The translations under genes and the position numbers were made by a program. Shown here piece after piece: positions 16,653-28,635 of a stretch of DNA of 64,000 nucleotides. The stretch's first letter is position 1; each line of letters starts with the position of its first letter. The notes below the pieces were generated by a model. It worked only from the letters and a program-made list of their open reading frames with translations, made no database searches and was not told where the DNA came from. Location of the stretch: contig OZ218962.1 of NCBI GenBank assembly GCA_965112735.1, positions 2,108,001 to 2,172,000 on the forward strand, in the 5' to 3' direction. The stretch comes from Phaeosaccion multiseriatum (taxonomy: Eukaryota > Protista > Ochrophyta, other classes).

Positions 16653-19377
16653 GCATGTGTATAGTGTTCCGTGGTGTGGTGTTGGGGCTCGTGTGTTCAT
16701 TCTTCCTCACTGTACCTGCTGTGCGGATCTGAGTGAGAGACGAGGGTGGGGGGAAGGAGAAGTGACCGAATGGGATGGCGGAGGCTTGTCCTGAACAGTT
16801 TCAGTTTCAGTTATAGATCATTCTCAATAGTCGATGCGCGGACCCCGCGCCCCAGCAGGTACTTCTCTCCCTGTGGCGTGTTTGTGTGTGTCCGTCTCTC
16901 CCTTCATCCCAACGCATTTGCTCTTTCTTCCTCCTGTAGCGGGAAAATGAGAGGATAGTGTACGCTAAGACTGCTGCTCTATCCTCGCGGCTCAATTGCT
17001 GTTTGCATTCGATTGATTGCGAAATCCAATGGAATCGTCACTCACAGATGCGCGGCGCGAGACTTGATGTGGAAGCATGCCATGTGCCTCCAACTGGAGA
17101 GCATCGGAGATCAGCTTGTGGTAAGTAAGCGACCCACACGAACGAGGAGGGGGGCATGGATGACTTGATATTGACACCGACATGCTTTTTGTTGTTGTGG
17201 TGTCCACTGTTTCGGAGTACTCTCGTTGCATACTTACTACTTCTCCTCCCTTGCAGAGCAAACCCAATGGTGGAATGGGCATTTCCTTTCGACTTGTATT
17301 TGTTGTTTAATGTGTGTGCAAAGCCCGGCTGGCCGCTGCCGCTCGCGTTCCGACTGAGGCGAGTTGTGTGTCACCACACTCACCCCGCTCACCCGCCCCC
17401 CTCTCTCTTCCTCTCCCTCTCTCCACTCTCTCCCTCTCCCCCTCTCTCGCTGTCTTTCTTCTCCCCCTCCCTCCCTCTCCCTCTCTCCACCTCTCCCTCT
17501 TTCTCCCTCTCCCTCCTCCCCCCCTCACTCCCCCTCTCCACCCAACAGCAAGAGAAGCAGGCGAGGGAGATTGCTGCAGTGGAGGAGGAGCTACAGAAGT
17601 GGAGGGACAGTCGAAGGGAGAGGCTGAAACGTCTCATTGACTCCAGGGATATGTTCGCTCAGGTGAGGATTGGGGTGTTGAAGTTTGGGGCCTGTTTTGG
17701 GGGGATGGCAGCAAATGTGAGAAGGGGGAGGGGTGTATGGGTATATTTTTGGCGGTGTACTATGGAGGAGGGTGTGTGGGTAGATTTGGGTGGGTGTTGT
17801 TGGGCATCATAGCATATGGGAAGATTGAAAAGGCGACCAGGAAGGGCACAGGCCAGCCGGGGGGGGCGCACCCTCACAGATGCCCCCCACAGCGGCTTCA
17901 AAAGCTTGAACCAGAGCTTCACACAGAGCTTGATACCCACGAGAGTTTGAAAGTAGGCGACTGACACACTGACACCACTCGGAGGGGCTTGCGCAAGCGA
18001 ACGAGCCAGTCTTCTCCTACTGACTGAGGATCGCAATACCGCTTTATCACACGCTGGATCCTCACCACCCTTGTATCGTTTCGAAATCGCCGCACACTCT
18101 TTCGTGTAACTGACGAAACGCTTCCCCTCTCGGCCTCTCTTTGCCCCTATTTGCCGCTTTTTTGCTGCTCGCTGTTTGTTTGTGACCCACCCACCCTTCG
18201 TAACAAACGCACCGCCAAAACTCGACCACAAACACGAACCAAACCCACGAACCCCTCCCATCTGCTCTCCGTGTGCTGTGTGTGTCGGGTTTGAACAGCG
18301 GATAGCACAGGAGGAGAAGACAGTGCTGGACAAGGGAGAGGGAGGGATGGGGGCGATGTTCCAAGAGGAAGAGTTTTACGAAGACTATGAGGACGATGAC
18401 GACGCAGACGAGGAGGGAGGGTGGGGTAGACGGAAGGAGTTTTCAACTCGGTCCTCCACAACTTTTGGAGCGGGGGCTGGATTTCTGCCTGCCAAGGCCA
18501 AGCCCGTCAACCCTGTGAGTCGGGCTCTAATGGACCAAATGGAGAGGCGGATAGAGCAAATCGACGACCTAATCGCGGCGTTGGAGATGGAGGAGGCGGA
18601 AGATGGATTTGGCTACGTCGGGAGCGACGAGGACTGCGTTCAGGACTTGCAGGATGGCGACGAGGAGGAGGAAGGGGAGGAGGGTGAGGAGGAGGAGGAG
18701 GAGGAGGAGGAGGAGGAGGAGGAGGAGGAGGAGGAGGAGGAGGAGGAGGAGGAGGGGGGGGGGGGGGGGGCAGAAGGAGTACTGGCCCGTCTTCCTCAGT
18801 GGGAAGGGTTCCAAAGGGCAACAGAAAGAAGGCAACGGACAGCAATGATGGAGGAGAGGGAGATGGCTACGAGGGCGATTGCGAAGAGGGGGAGGAGGGT
18901 GGACAAGCACGACCACACGGGGCAGACGAGGCAGGAGAGGCAATTGAGGCAGAAGCAAAAGTTGCGGGGCGTAAGGCCAAGCAAAAACGAGATGGGGCCA
19001 AGAGCAAGAAGAAAAAGAAGAAGGACGGGGCCTCCTCCTTCACCGAGAGGCTGAAGGAGAAGCGGAAGCAGCAGCAGCTCGAGGAGGCGGTGACGACTAC
19101 ACCAGACCAGCAGCAGCAGCAGCAACGGGAGGAGTTGGTGATACAGCAAGTAGAGAAGAAGCAGGAGGAGGAGAAGGAGGAGGAGGTGGAGAGACTGGAC
19201 AGGAGCATCAGCCTGGTGGATGCTGTGGCCGCCATGGTACTGAGTCGATACCCCCGAGAGCCGGGCGTGTCAGACACGGACCACTTTCACCTCATGTCCG
19301 GCCATCACGAGCGTATCAAGAGGGAGTGGCTGAGCGAGTTTGGCAGGCTGCCAGCCGCGCACGAGTTCACAGGCTGA
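15184..19377 (+). CDS. Unknown acidic, coiled-coil protein (multi-exon, with an apparent frameshift at the poly-G run ~18753-18770)
   Basis: Exons with consistent phases at ~15184-16078, 16343-16510, 17048-17120, 17549-17662 and 18299-19377. Complex C-terminus LVDAVAAMVLSRYP...EWLSEFGRLP. Confidence 0.65.
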
Positions 19378-19504
19378 CAACAGCCTCACAAGATGGACAG
19401 TAGACAAGCCAAGCGCACGCGAGTGTTGGTTTGTGGCTATGTCTGTCTTTTCGTCTTCAATAAATAATCCAAACTGACCATGGCATATATTATGTTGAAG
19501 CTGC

Positions 19505-19645
19505 GCGAGACCGCTGAAGAAGAGGAGGAGGAGGAGGGAAGTGGAGAGAAGCGAAGAAGAAGAGCTGCCGCTTGAGTCCAGAACGACAAGCAACAAGCTC
19601 ACTGACGCTCAATGCGCTTTATGAGGAAGCAAGATGGAGGGAGTA
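19505..19645 (+). repeat. Dispersed repeat, homologous to 48100-48247 (minus strand)
   Basis: Colinear blocks gagaccg..gaggaggagg, gaagaagagctg, gacaagcaa and atgaggaagcaagatggaggg are shared between the two loci. Confidence 0.7.
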
Positions 19646-20315
19646 AGCTACAGCTTCCCTCATTCAGAGAGAGCATCGCGTATGGGCTCTCTTGGCGAGG
19701 AGATCTGCCAGCACCTAAGCTGGAAAAGCAAGCGTGCGAAGATGTGCACCAAACTTCTGAGACCTTAAACTAGACAAGTCCCCGCAATTAATCGCAACCT
19801 TGAGGGAGAGAAAGGCGACAACCGCGTCAGGCTCAGGCTCAGACTGGAAGCAGTACACCTGGGACGTATGTCAATGGCCCAGGTGTAGGCAATATCCAGT
19901 AACAAGCAGCGTCAGGGGGTCAGGGTCTGGGTCAGGGTCATGGACATCCGCCGAGGAAGAGAAAAAGGGGGTGAGATGCCAACCAGGGGGGGTGAGGCTT
20001 CCCTTCGCGGAGAGCGGAGAGGGAGGGGGGATGGTTTCAGTTTCAATTCATTGGCCCACGAGGCGGACAAGAGGTGGGTCAAGTTGGCTCAGAAGCATGT
20101 GATATCGATCCATATTGCGGATCATTTTTTCTTAATGTATACTACTAGTATTTTACAGCGCTGTATGTTTATTGTGTATGTGTGCGTGTGTGTGTTTGTG
20201 CGTGTATTCGTGTGTCGTGGGAGGTCTTCTGCCGTATGCTGCCACCGCCCTGCCATCTCTTCTATTTAGGAGCTCTTCTTCTCACACTGCTGCTGCTACG
20301 TACCACCAACGTGCT

Positions 20316-20424
20316 TCGACCCCTGACAAGGTTCTGAGGCGACCCAGGCCAGAACCTGGAACCTGGATCCAGGTTCAGGGGGACCTCATCATTGCCTTGA
20401 ACCCAGAACCTTGTCAGGGGTCGA
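20316..20424. mobile_element. MITE, 109 bp, with perfect 21-bp TIRs and a 7-8-bp TSD
   Basis: TIR tcgacccctgacaaggttctg / cagaaccttgtcaggggtcga, flanked by (a)acgtgct on both sides. Confidence 0.8.
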
Positions 20425-20713
20425 ACGTGCTGTATGCAATCTGCCGCTGCTGCTATGCTGCTGGTGGTGGCTGTGCTGAATGGACAGCAGCCTCATCACT
20501 CGATGGACGCCTATGGGACCACCCCATAAGTCAGCAATAGAGTCCCGCTGGTTTGCTGCTGCTCCTCCAGCAGCACACAATCCGGTACCAACGGACCTCC
20601 TGGCTGACTGAGGGACTGAGCGACTGACCGACCGACTGACCGACTGATCCTCTGACTGACCGACTGACTGCCCGACTGACCGACTGAGCGACCGACTGGC
20701 TGACCGTCGGACC

Positions 20714-22613
20714 TATTGTAGTACTTACGGGATGACAAGCGAGCCGAAGGAGAGACGGAGACAGCAAGTCCGGCCTGCCCGCAGGCAGACGAGAGAGGAA
20801 GAAGACTTGATATAGATTGATTTAAGTTGAGGAGAGAAGTGTATAGAGAGAAGAGCACAAGGGGTTGATAACCCTACTGAGAATGGATAGAAGAGACTAC
20901 TGAGGTTGACACGTACGGGCTATTGGCAACGTAGAGACTATTCGTTAAGGGGTATAGTGAGATAGGTGCGTGGGCAGCTCTATCCCCCCTTATATCCAGG
21001 TGCACATAAGTCAGCGATTTCCGTAACTGTGAGTGATCCGAAGGCAGAACACATTCACTATGTCATACTCCCTTACGATGAAGACTATAAGAATGATTCG
21101 TACTAAGAAAGAAGAGTGGAAAGTGTATGCAGAGAGAATGAACTAAGATAACGTGAAGAAACTAGAATGAAGAAATACGGAAGGTTCATGCTTGACATGC
21201 TTACATGTCACTACCAGAGATGATGATGTTGAAGAAGTTGAATGAAGCTGTTGCTGCTGGTGAAGCCGTTGGTGCTGATGAAGCTGATGCTGGTGAAGCT
21301 GTTGGTGCTGATGAAGCTGATGCTGGTGAAGCTGTTGGTGATTCAAAGAGAGTGGTATATACTCCCTCGCTCTGGAAAGTACAGAGACAGAGTGTTGAAG
21401 AGAACGATGAGGCTTGAAGAAACTGAAGCGGAGGGCTCGAATGACGCGGAAGGAAGCAGGTGCTTGGCCGGCCAAAGGGATGCTCGACTGGCCGTGAAAA
21501 GCCAGGAGGACGCTCGACTGGCCGTGACAGGTCAGGAGGATGCTCGACTAGCCGTGACAGGCCAGGAGGATGCTCGACTAGCCGTGACAGGCCAGGAGGA
21601 TGGAGACTGGCGACGTGAGGTAGATGGTTGGCCGCGTGAAGAGAATCGAAGTCAACAGGGCCGAAGCGTTGTGATCCAAGCCGGTGGCGTGGACGGTGCC
21701 GCGATGAGCAGCGTGGTGCAGAGTGTCGCGCGTTACAGGGCGCGAAGAGCTGAGAGAAGAAGGTGGAGGAGGCGCAGAAGAAGGTCGACTCCGTTGCTGA
21801 GGAGGGGAAGGAGAAGGGTGGGGCCAGAGGGTTGCTTTCAGGAAGTCCGAGCTGGCCGAGGCTGGAAGAGGGCGCTCCGAGACGCGAGCTCGGGGTAGTT
21901 GCTGTGGCACTGGTCCTCGTCGTGGCAGAGGTACGGTGGCGTCCAGCGCTGGGGGTGTTGCGGGATGAAGGAGGCGAAGAAGAAGATCCGTCCGGAGAAG
22001 TAATGAGCGCAGAAGATTCAGATAGGCGCTCCAATGCAGGTAGCCAATGAAGAAGCGAAAAGTAAAGACATACTCCGTGCTGGAGCTGCGGAAGAAGCTG
22101 ATGAAGAAGATGAGCCTGCTGGGAGAGGTGCCGAAGAAAAAGCCAGAGCTGCTAGAGGCTGAAGAATCCAATCCCGGTTCCGACTGCAAGATCCCGAGTA
22201 AATAACGTTTCTATCCCGGCCGGGGAACTGCTACAAACAGTACGTTTATAAACGTGTTGTAGTACTTACGGGATGACAAGCGAGCCGAAGGAGAGACGGA
22301 GACAGCAAGTCCGGCCTGCCCGCAGGCAGACGAGAGAGGAAGAAGACTTGATATAGATTGATTTAAGTTGAGGAGAGAAGTGTATAGAGAGAAGATCGAA
22401 GAGCACAAGGGGTTGATAACCCTACTGAGAATGGATAGAAGAGACTACTGAGGTTGACACGTACGGGCTATTGGCAACGTAGAGACTATTCGTTAAGGGG
22501 TATAGTGAGATAGGTGCGTGGGCAGCTCTATCCCCCCTTATATCCAGGTGCACATAAGTCAGCGATTTCCGTAACTGTGAGTGATCCGAAGGCAGAACAC
22601 ATTCACTATGTCA
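20714..22613 (-). mobile_element. Non-autonomous LTR retroelement (TRIM/LARD-like), 1.9 kb
   Basis: Near-identical LTRs at 20714-21065 and 22255-22613 (TG..CA, with the left TG changed to TA and a 7-bp indel). 5-bp TSD GGACC at 20709-20713 and 22614-22618. Purine tract AAGGGAG on the minus strand beside the left LTR. No gag/pol motifs recognised. Confidence 0.92.
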
Positions 22614-22688
22614 GGACCGACCGACTGATCGACCGACTAACTAGGACAGGGGGGAGGCCTCACTTCCGCCCAGAGGCGAGAGGGGGGC

Positions 22689-25600
22689 TCACAAAGTCCA
22701 AGTCGACATGTGTGTGTGCGACACCAACAGAGTGGACGCAAGGGACACGCACAGGGCCAGGGTCAGGGCAGAGAGGCCGTTGCTGCTGACACTCGATCCG
22801 GCTGAGTTCTGCCCGAAAAAGTCACCTGACGCCACGGGGGCCTCGGTCGGGGCGGTTGTAAGGCCACGGTCTCCGCCCGCGGCCGCTGAGGAAGGTGCGG
22901 GCGTCGGGAGGCCACCACCTCCACCGCCTCCGCCCGCAGCGGCTGAGGAAGGTGCCGGGGTCGTGAGGCCAACCGGTACGGTCGTGGCATCTGCGGCTCC
23001 TTGTTCGTCTTGGGCCATGGGGGCTGGGGTCAGGTCAATATCGCGGTCTCCCCCCGTGATCGGTGCAGGTGCCGGAGTGGTGAAGGTGCTTGCAGGTGCA
23101 GGCGTTGGTGATGTGCCACCGCTTGGAGTGTCTGCTTGTTCGTCTTCATCTTGTTGTTGTTCGACGGGGGCAGGGGTCAGGTCAGTATCGCGATCTCCCC
23201 CCGTGATCGGTGCAGGTGCCGGCGTCGTGAGGCCAACCGGTGCGGGAGTGGCATCTGCGGATCCTTGTTCGTCTTGTTCGACGGGGGCAGGGGTCAGGTC
23301 AGTATCGCGATCTCCCCCCGTGATCGGTGCAGGTGCCGGCGTCGTGAGGCCAACCGGTGCGGGAGTGGCATCTGCGGATCCTTGTTCGTCTTGTTCGACG
23401 GGGGCAGGGGTCAGGTCAGTATCGCGATCTCCCCCCGTGATCGGTGCAGGTGCCGGCGTCGTGAGGCCAACCGGTGCGGGAGTGGCATCTGCGGATCCTT
23501 GTTCGCCTTGTTGTTGGTCGACGGGGGCAGGGGTCAGGTCATTATCGCGCTCTCCCCCCGTGATCGGTGCAGGTGCCGGCGTCGTGAGGCCACCCGGTGC
23601 GGGATTGGCATCTGCGGGGGCAGGGGTCAGGTCATTATCGCGCTCTCCCCCCGTGATCGGTGCAGCAGGTGCGGGAGTAGAGGGTGAGCTCGTGGTGGTG
23701 GAAGTTACAGGGGCAGGCGTTGTTGGCGCGCCGCCACCGCTGCTGCATGAGGCGTCAAGGGGGTCTGTTTCCCCCGTGATAAGGCTGGCGCAGGTGGAGC
23801 GGCAGTCGGTGGACAGCACATATCCGAGTTGTTCAAACACCCTCTGCGTGAGGGCACCTACGCAACGCGCTACCTCCGATTCTTGGGCACCCGAGGTCAT
23901 GAGGCTGTCCACACTCCCTGCGCGAAAGAAGGACTCGTCGAAGTGACTCATTGAGGACCCGACGTTGTAGTCGAAGGGCGTGTATATGGGCACACATGTG
24001 CCCGCTGTGGGGGAGGGAGGGAGGGAGGGAGGGAGGGAGAGAGAGAGGGAGGGAGGGAGGGAGGGAGAGAGGGAGGGAGGGAGGGAGGGAGAGAGGGAGG
24101 GAGGGAGGGAGGGAGGGAGGGAGGGAGGGAGGGAGGGAGGGAGGGAGGGAGGGAGGGAGGGAGGGAGGGAGGGAGGGAGGGAGGGAGGGAGGGAGGGAGG
24201 GAGGGAGGGAGGGAGGGAGGGAGGGAGGGAGGGATGGATGGATGGAGGGAGGGAGGGAGGGAGGGAGGGAGGGAGGGAGGGAGGGATGGATGGATGGATG
24301 GAGGGAGGGAGGGAGAGGGAGAGGGAGGGACGAGGGGGGGAGGGAGGGGGGGTGAGGAAGAGAAGACTGTAGCGATGCTAAACAAGCAAGTCCCGCCCGC
24401 CACCGAGTAATTCCCTTGTAGTGAAGAATGAGAAGCAAGGCCCGAAGTGAACTCTAAACTCACTCGGTTCGTCCAAAATGCAGAGGGTGTCGGCTGTGAA
24501 GATGAAGTTGGGGGTTACAGTGCCCCGGACTAGGTCGAGGCTTGTCGGGAAGGTGAAGGGACTGAGTATGGGGCCGTCTAAACCCGCGGTCATGGCCAAT
24601 GAAAACCTGGATCCAAAGTAGTTATCCACGCTGTCTCCCTTGGGAGAGGGGGACAAAGAGAGGGAGAGAGAGAGAGAACAAGGGATGGGGTGGGCAGAGA
24701 GGAGAGAGTTAGCTAATGTCGGTCAGGAGTTTTGCTATCCCCAGCCATGGCTGAGGCATTACTACCACTACCACGACGAACTTGGCTGATGTTGATCCAC
24801 GCTTCTCCTTGCTTTCTTTCTCAGTTCCTCCCTCCCTCTCTCCCTCCCTCCATCTCTCCCTCCCCCCCTCACTCTCTCTCTCCCTCCCGACCTCTGCTCC
24901 CCGTCTCTTTGCCTGGCTGGCTGTTGGCCTCCTTGGCTGTTGCCTGGACTCACATTTGGAAAAAAGTACTCATTCCAGATGGCCACCGCTTCACCCGTGG
25001 TAAGTTCTAGCACGAGTAAGGGATTTGTGAAACCCAGCACGTGCCCGATCTCGTGCGCCATAACGGTCACGTAATCGAACTCCAACTCTCCGATATCCGC
25101 GCCGTCTCCATAGTGCCAGTCCACCGCTCGGTTGAACACGATGTCGCCGTCGAACTCCACTCCAAGTTGATCAAACTCCTCCTCGCTGAGGATACCCGCA
25201 TACCGAATCTGCGCCGGGGTCTCGTCGAGGACGAATTGATCCCCGCTACCGAATGTGAACCTCACTTGTAATAGCTGGACCGCAGCTCGAGCCAATGTTG
25301 TCACGAAGCTGCCAGGAGGCTCGCCGAAATCCGCCACAGGATCGATGCGGAGGCGGATAGCACCTCCACTGCCAGGTTCGAACACGTCCGCCCACATGCA
25401 CAGCGCTTCTTCCGTGGCAGCCTCTGCCTGCCTCACTTCCGTCGCAGGGGCCGGGCTGGGCGAGAAGGTCACGTCGAAAATCGCGCTGTAGTCGCAGCCC
25501 GGTGCCAGCCTTCTTCTCGTGCCGCTACCTCCTAGTCCGTCCGGCACCACCTCGACCCTCTCCACCCTCGTTTGAGAGGGCTCCTCAGAAGGATTCCATA

Positions 25601-25787
25601 TCACTGGCAAGTCGATCGTCCTTCTTGCTCCGGGCACCACCGTCGCAGTGCAGTCTCCCGCTCGCACGTCAGCCTCCAGCGAGCCCAACGGATGCCGTCT
25701 TCCTGGCGAGGCGGCTGTTGCTGGTGCTGCTGCTCGAAAAGGAAGCAGCAGCACACCGCACAACAGTGAGTAAGGCACGGATGGCAT
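22689..25787 (-). CDS. Secreted/GPI-type zinc metalloprotease (leishmanolysin/M8-like motif layout) with Thr/Pro stalk, copy 1. Exons 25787-24954, 24638-24464, 24004-22689
   Basis: Signal peptide, [21 protein letters not shown] Met-turn, 39-41-aa TPAP repeats and a hydrophobic C-terminus after small residues. Confidence 0.8.
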
Positions 25788-26092
25788 AGCTCTCGCTCTC
25801 GTTGCCTGGGCGGTTGCCACTGCTCGCTACTTATTTCTTGGCTCGTGCTTGTTGCAACAGCAGTGAGCAAAAAGCCAGGCCTGCAAAAGTGCACGCTAAA
25901 GTAAAAGCAGTCATGGTGGAACTCTCTTGCTCTCCCTATACAGAGAGGAGCGTTCTTTGTCGCCAAGAGATTTTCTTTATTTTGCTTCCCGCCTCCTCGA
26001 TCGTATCTATGAAACTGAAACTGCTCTTCCCCCCTTTCCCTGTTTTCCTTCTTCTTCTTCTCTTAATTTTAAATACCCCTTGTACTGTATCA

Positions 26093-26197
26093 CTGATACA
26101 CTATCCGCTGTCCGCTATCGCCGGCGCGCTATCCGCTATCGGCCGGCGGCCGATAGCGCGCTATCGAGAATGTGGGCGATAGTGTATCAGGGGTTGA
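26093..26197. mobile_element. Hairpin/MITE-like element of the TCGACCCCTGA-end family
   Basis: Inverted arms ctgatacactatc / gatagtgtatcag, a right end ggggttga and internal gctatc/gatagc repeats. Confidence 0.6.
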
Positions 26198-26454
26198 TTG
26201 AGATGCTCACACTGTGCCTAACTGTGCCATCCAACCCTGTATCATGCTCTCTGAGCACAGGAGAGGAGCGGAGTGGCACTGAGTGGCGTCACGCTGTGCT
26301 GCCTGCTGCCATTTTTTATATTTACCCTCATGCATAGCCTCTTCCAGAGAGGAGTACGGATGGATGGCAATCAATGGCATCGAACAGGAAGTGCTCTGCT
26401 TTTGATTTTTGTTGGCTGCTGCTGCGCTGCTGCCTCACTCTGTCAGAGTCCGTC

Positions 26455-28513
26455 AGAGACCGAGCCAGAGCTCTCGGTCGTAAAATGACATAACCATCTT
26501 GGCCGAGCCCTAGTATACATGACACACATGACCAGAGGGAAAGAGAGGAATGGGGGGGTGGGGAGAGGGAGAGGGAGATACGAGAGAGAGAGGGGAGGAA
26601 GAGTACACACACCCGTAAAAGAGAGAAGATAAGAGGAGGAAGAGGGAGAGAGACGGAGAGAAAGAAGAGAGGGAGGGAGAAATATTGAGCGGGAAAGAGA
26701 GGAATAGTAGAGCGAAACATCAAGACAAAAAGCGAAAAGAGTACTTCGAAGTATAATATATTCAGATAAGGGAGAAGAAACAGAGGGGGGAAGAGGCAGA
26801 GAGAGAGAGCAGGGAGAGAAAGAGAGGGGGGGGTGGGGTGGGGGGGGGGGAGGGGTTTCCTCCCCTGATGCCCAAATAGACTTTTCGAGTCTGATGTAGC
26901 CCACCCACCCACTCACCTCACCCCACTCCACACCCCACCCACCCATCCCCATCCCCATGCATGCCACACGACAAGACACGCAGTAAGGCAACATTCAAAG
27001 CCGCCCATACGCCTGCACACATTCTTACCTGCTTGATTATGTCAGTACCGAGTATCATGGTAGGGCCGGTCATTCCCAGCCCCGCAAAGCCGGGAAGGTC
27101 TCCGATGCTGATCATTTGGCGTTTCAGAACTCCGGCATCTTTGACTCCGCTCTGACGCCTGCCGTGGTCGTTCCCGAGCAACAGCGTGAGCTCAGCCTCC
27201 ATCACCTGAGGGGTGGGTGGGAGGGAGGGAGGGAGGGAGGGAGAGAGGGAGGGAGGGAGGGTGGGTGGGAGGGAGGGTGGGAGGGAGGGAGGGAAGGGAG
27301 GGAGGGAGGGAGGGAGAGAGGGAGGGAGAGAGGTGTATGGGGCGGAACGCATGTATGCACACACGACATACACCACACGTATGGACGTAGACAGAGAGAG
27401 TCGTGGGTAAGCAAAGCGTGTGCGTGTGCGTGTGCAGGAGGAAGGGACTGAAGACTCCCATTACCCGTTGCGAGCATTTCCTCCCTCCCTCCCTCCCTCC
27501 TTCCTTCCCCCTCACCTCCACCGGTTGGTATTCCTGCCCCGGCGCCGAAGCCCCTGCTGCCACCACCTGGCCGGTGTTGCGTAGTCTCTGATCCGTCCGA
27601 CGCAGAGGGCCGTGGCTGCTCTGGCCCAATTGACAAGTTAATGGTGAAGGCACTGCCAATGTCCACGATGGTGTTGATAGTGGCAGTGGATGGGGAGGAG
27701 GAGGAGGAGGAAGAGGGGTCGGAGCTGTAGTTCTCGGGGAAGACGAGGCTGGCGTCGATGCCCAGGAAGTTGACGGGAGGAAGGAGCTTCGCTGTCATGC
27801 CGTACATGTTCTTTCCAGGGGAGGAACCTGTGGAGGAGGAGGAGGAGGACGAGGCAGTAGTAGTAGTAGTAGTAGGAGGAGGGGGAGGAGGAGGAGGGTG
27901 CAGGAGGGTGCAGGAGGAGGGACAAACACGCTAAGAAAGTGCTCATGAAAGGAAAAGACACAGAGGGTCGCGCAAGCGGTAAGCCCGACTCTCCACTGCA
28001 GGGTTTTCACCGCTGCCGGTGTATCACCAACTGCAGGAGGTAGTTGCTCGCCCCCTGCCCCCTCCGCCTCACCCGCGAGAGAAGGCGGTTTGATGCCGAA
28101 TCGCGCCACCTGATCGCCTTGGCGTTCCAGACGGAGAGTACCGCCAGCTGGGTCTCGATGGCTCGCTGCTCCTCCTCCTCCTCCTCTTCTGCCTCCTGCA
28201 CCGCCACACCGCTGCTGCTGCTGTAGTCCGGTACGCTCGTCGACCACAGTCTGGCTGCTCCTGCTGCTATCAGTGCTGCAGATGGTAGCCACGTTATCAC
28301 CACGACGCGGAGCATCTCTCGCGCCTGCTCCAGCTCCATTGTACCGCTGCCTCTTCAGTGAGCCCGCTCCATGATGCTTCTGGTTGTGACGAGCCCCAGA
28401 CCAAGCCGGGGCCGGTGGTACAACGAAGGCGGCCACCGAGCTACCTAATGATGGGGAGCAGAGGCCGCATCCAGACGCCAGCAGCAGCAGGACACTCGCC
28501 TTGACATGACGCA
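26455..28513 (-). pseudogene. Pseudogene copy of the aspartic protease at 32454-35886
   Basis: High identity to the intact copy, but 5'-truncated, with a ~1.3-kb internal deletion (junction ~28105-28115), a catalytic DTG>DIG change (~27657) and a 5-bp frameshifting insertion (~27637). Confidence 0.85.
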
Positions 28514-28635
28514 AGGGGGAGGCTGACAATCGGACCGACCGACCGACCGACCGACCGACTGACTGACTGACCGGCTGACTGACCGACTCACAAGGTCAGG
28601 GAGGCCTCACTTCCGCCCAGAGGCGAGAGGGGGGC

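Noticed and set aside
18750-18772. Frameshift between ORFs 18176-19054 and 18799-19377 as programmed frameshifting or a pseudogene
   Set aside because: It falls in a long G homopolymer after a (GAG)n tract, so a sequencing or assembly length error is the simplest explanation.
21479-21600. 30-bp repeats inside the LTR element, and the 117-123-bp stalk repeats, as CRISPR-like arrays
   Set aside because: They are contiguous tandem repeats without unique spacers, in a eukaryotic context with no cas genes.
22708-23946. Long antisense ORFs over the metalloprotease stalks (also 28649-29836 and 51562-52251)
   Set aside because: Shadow frames of GC-rich repetitive coding sequence.
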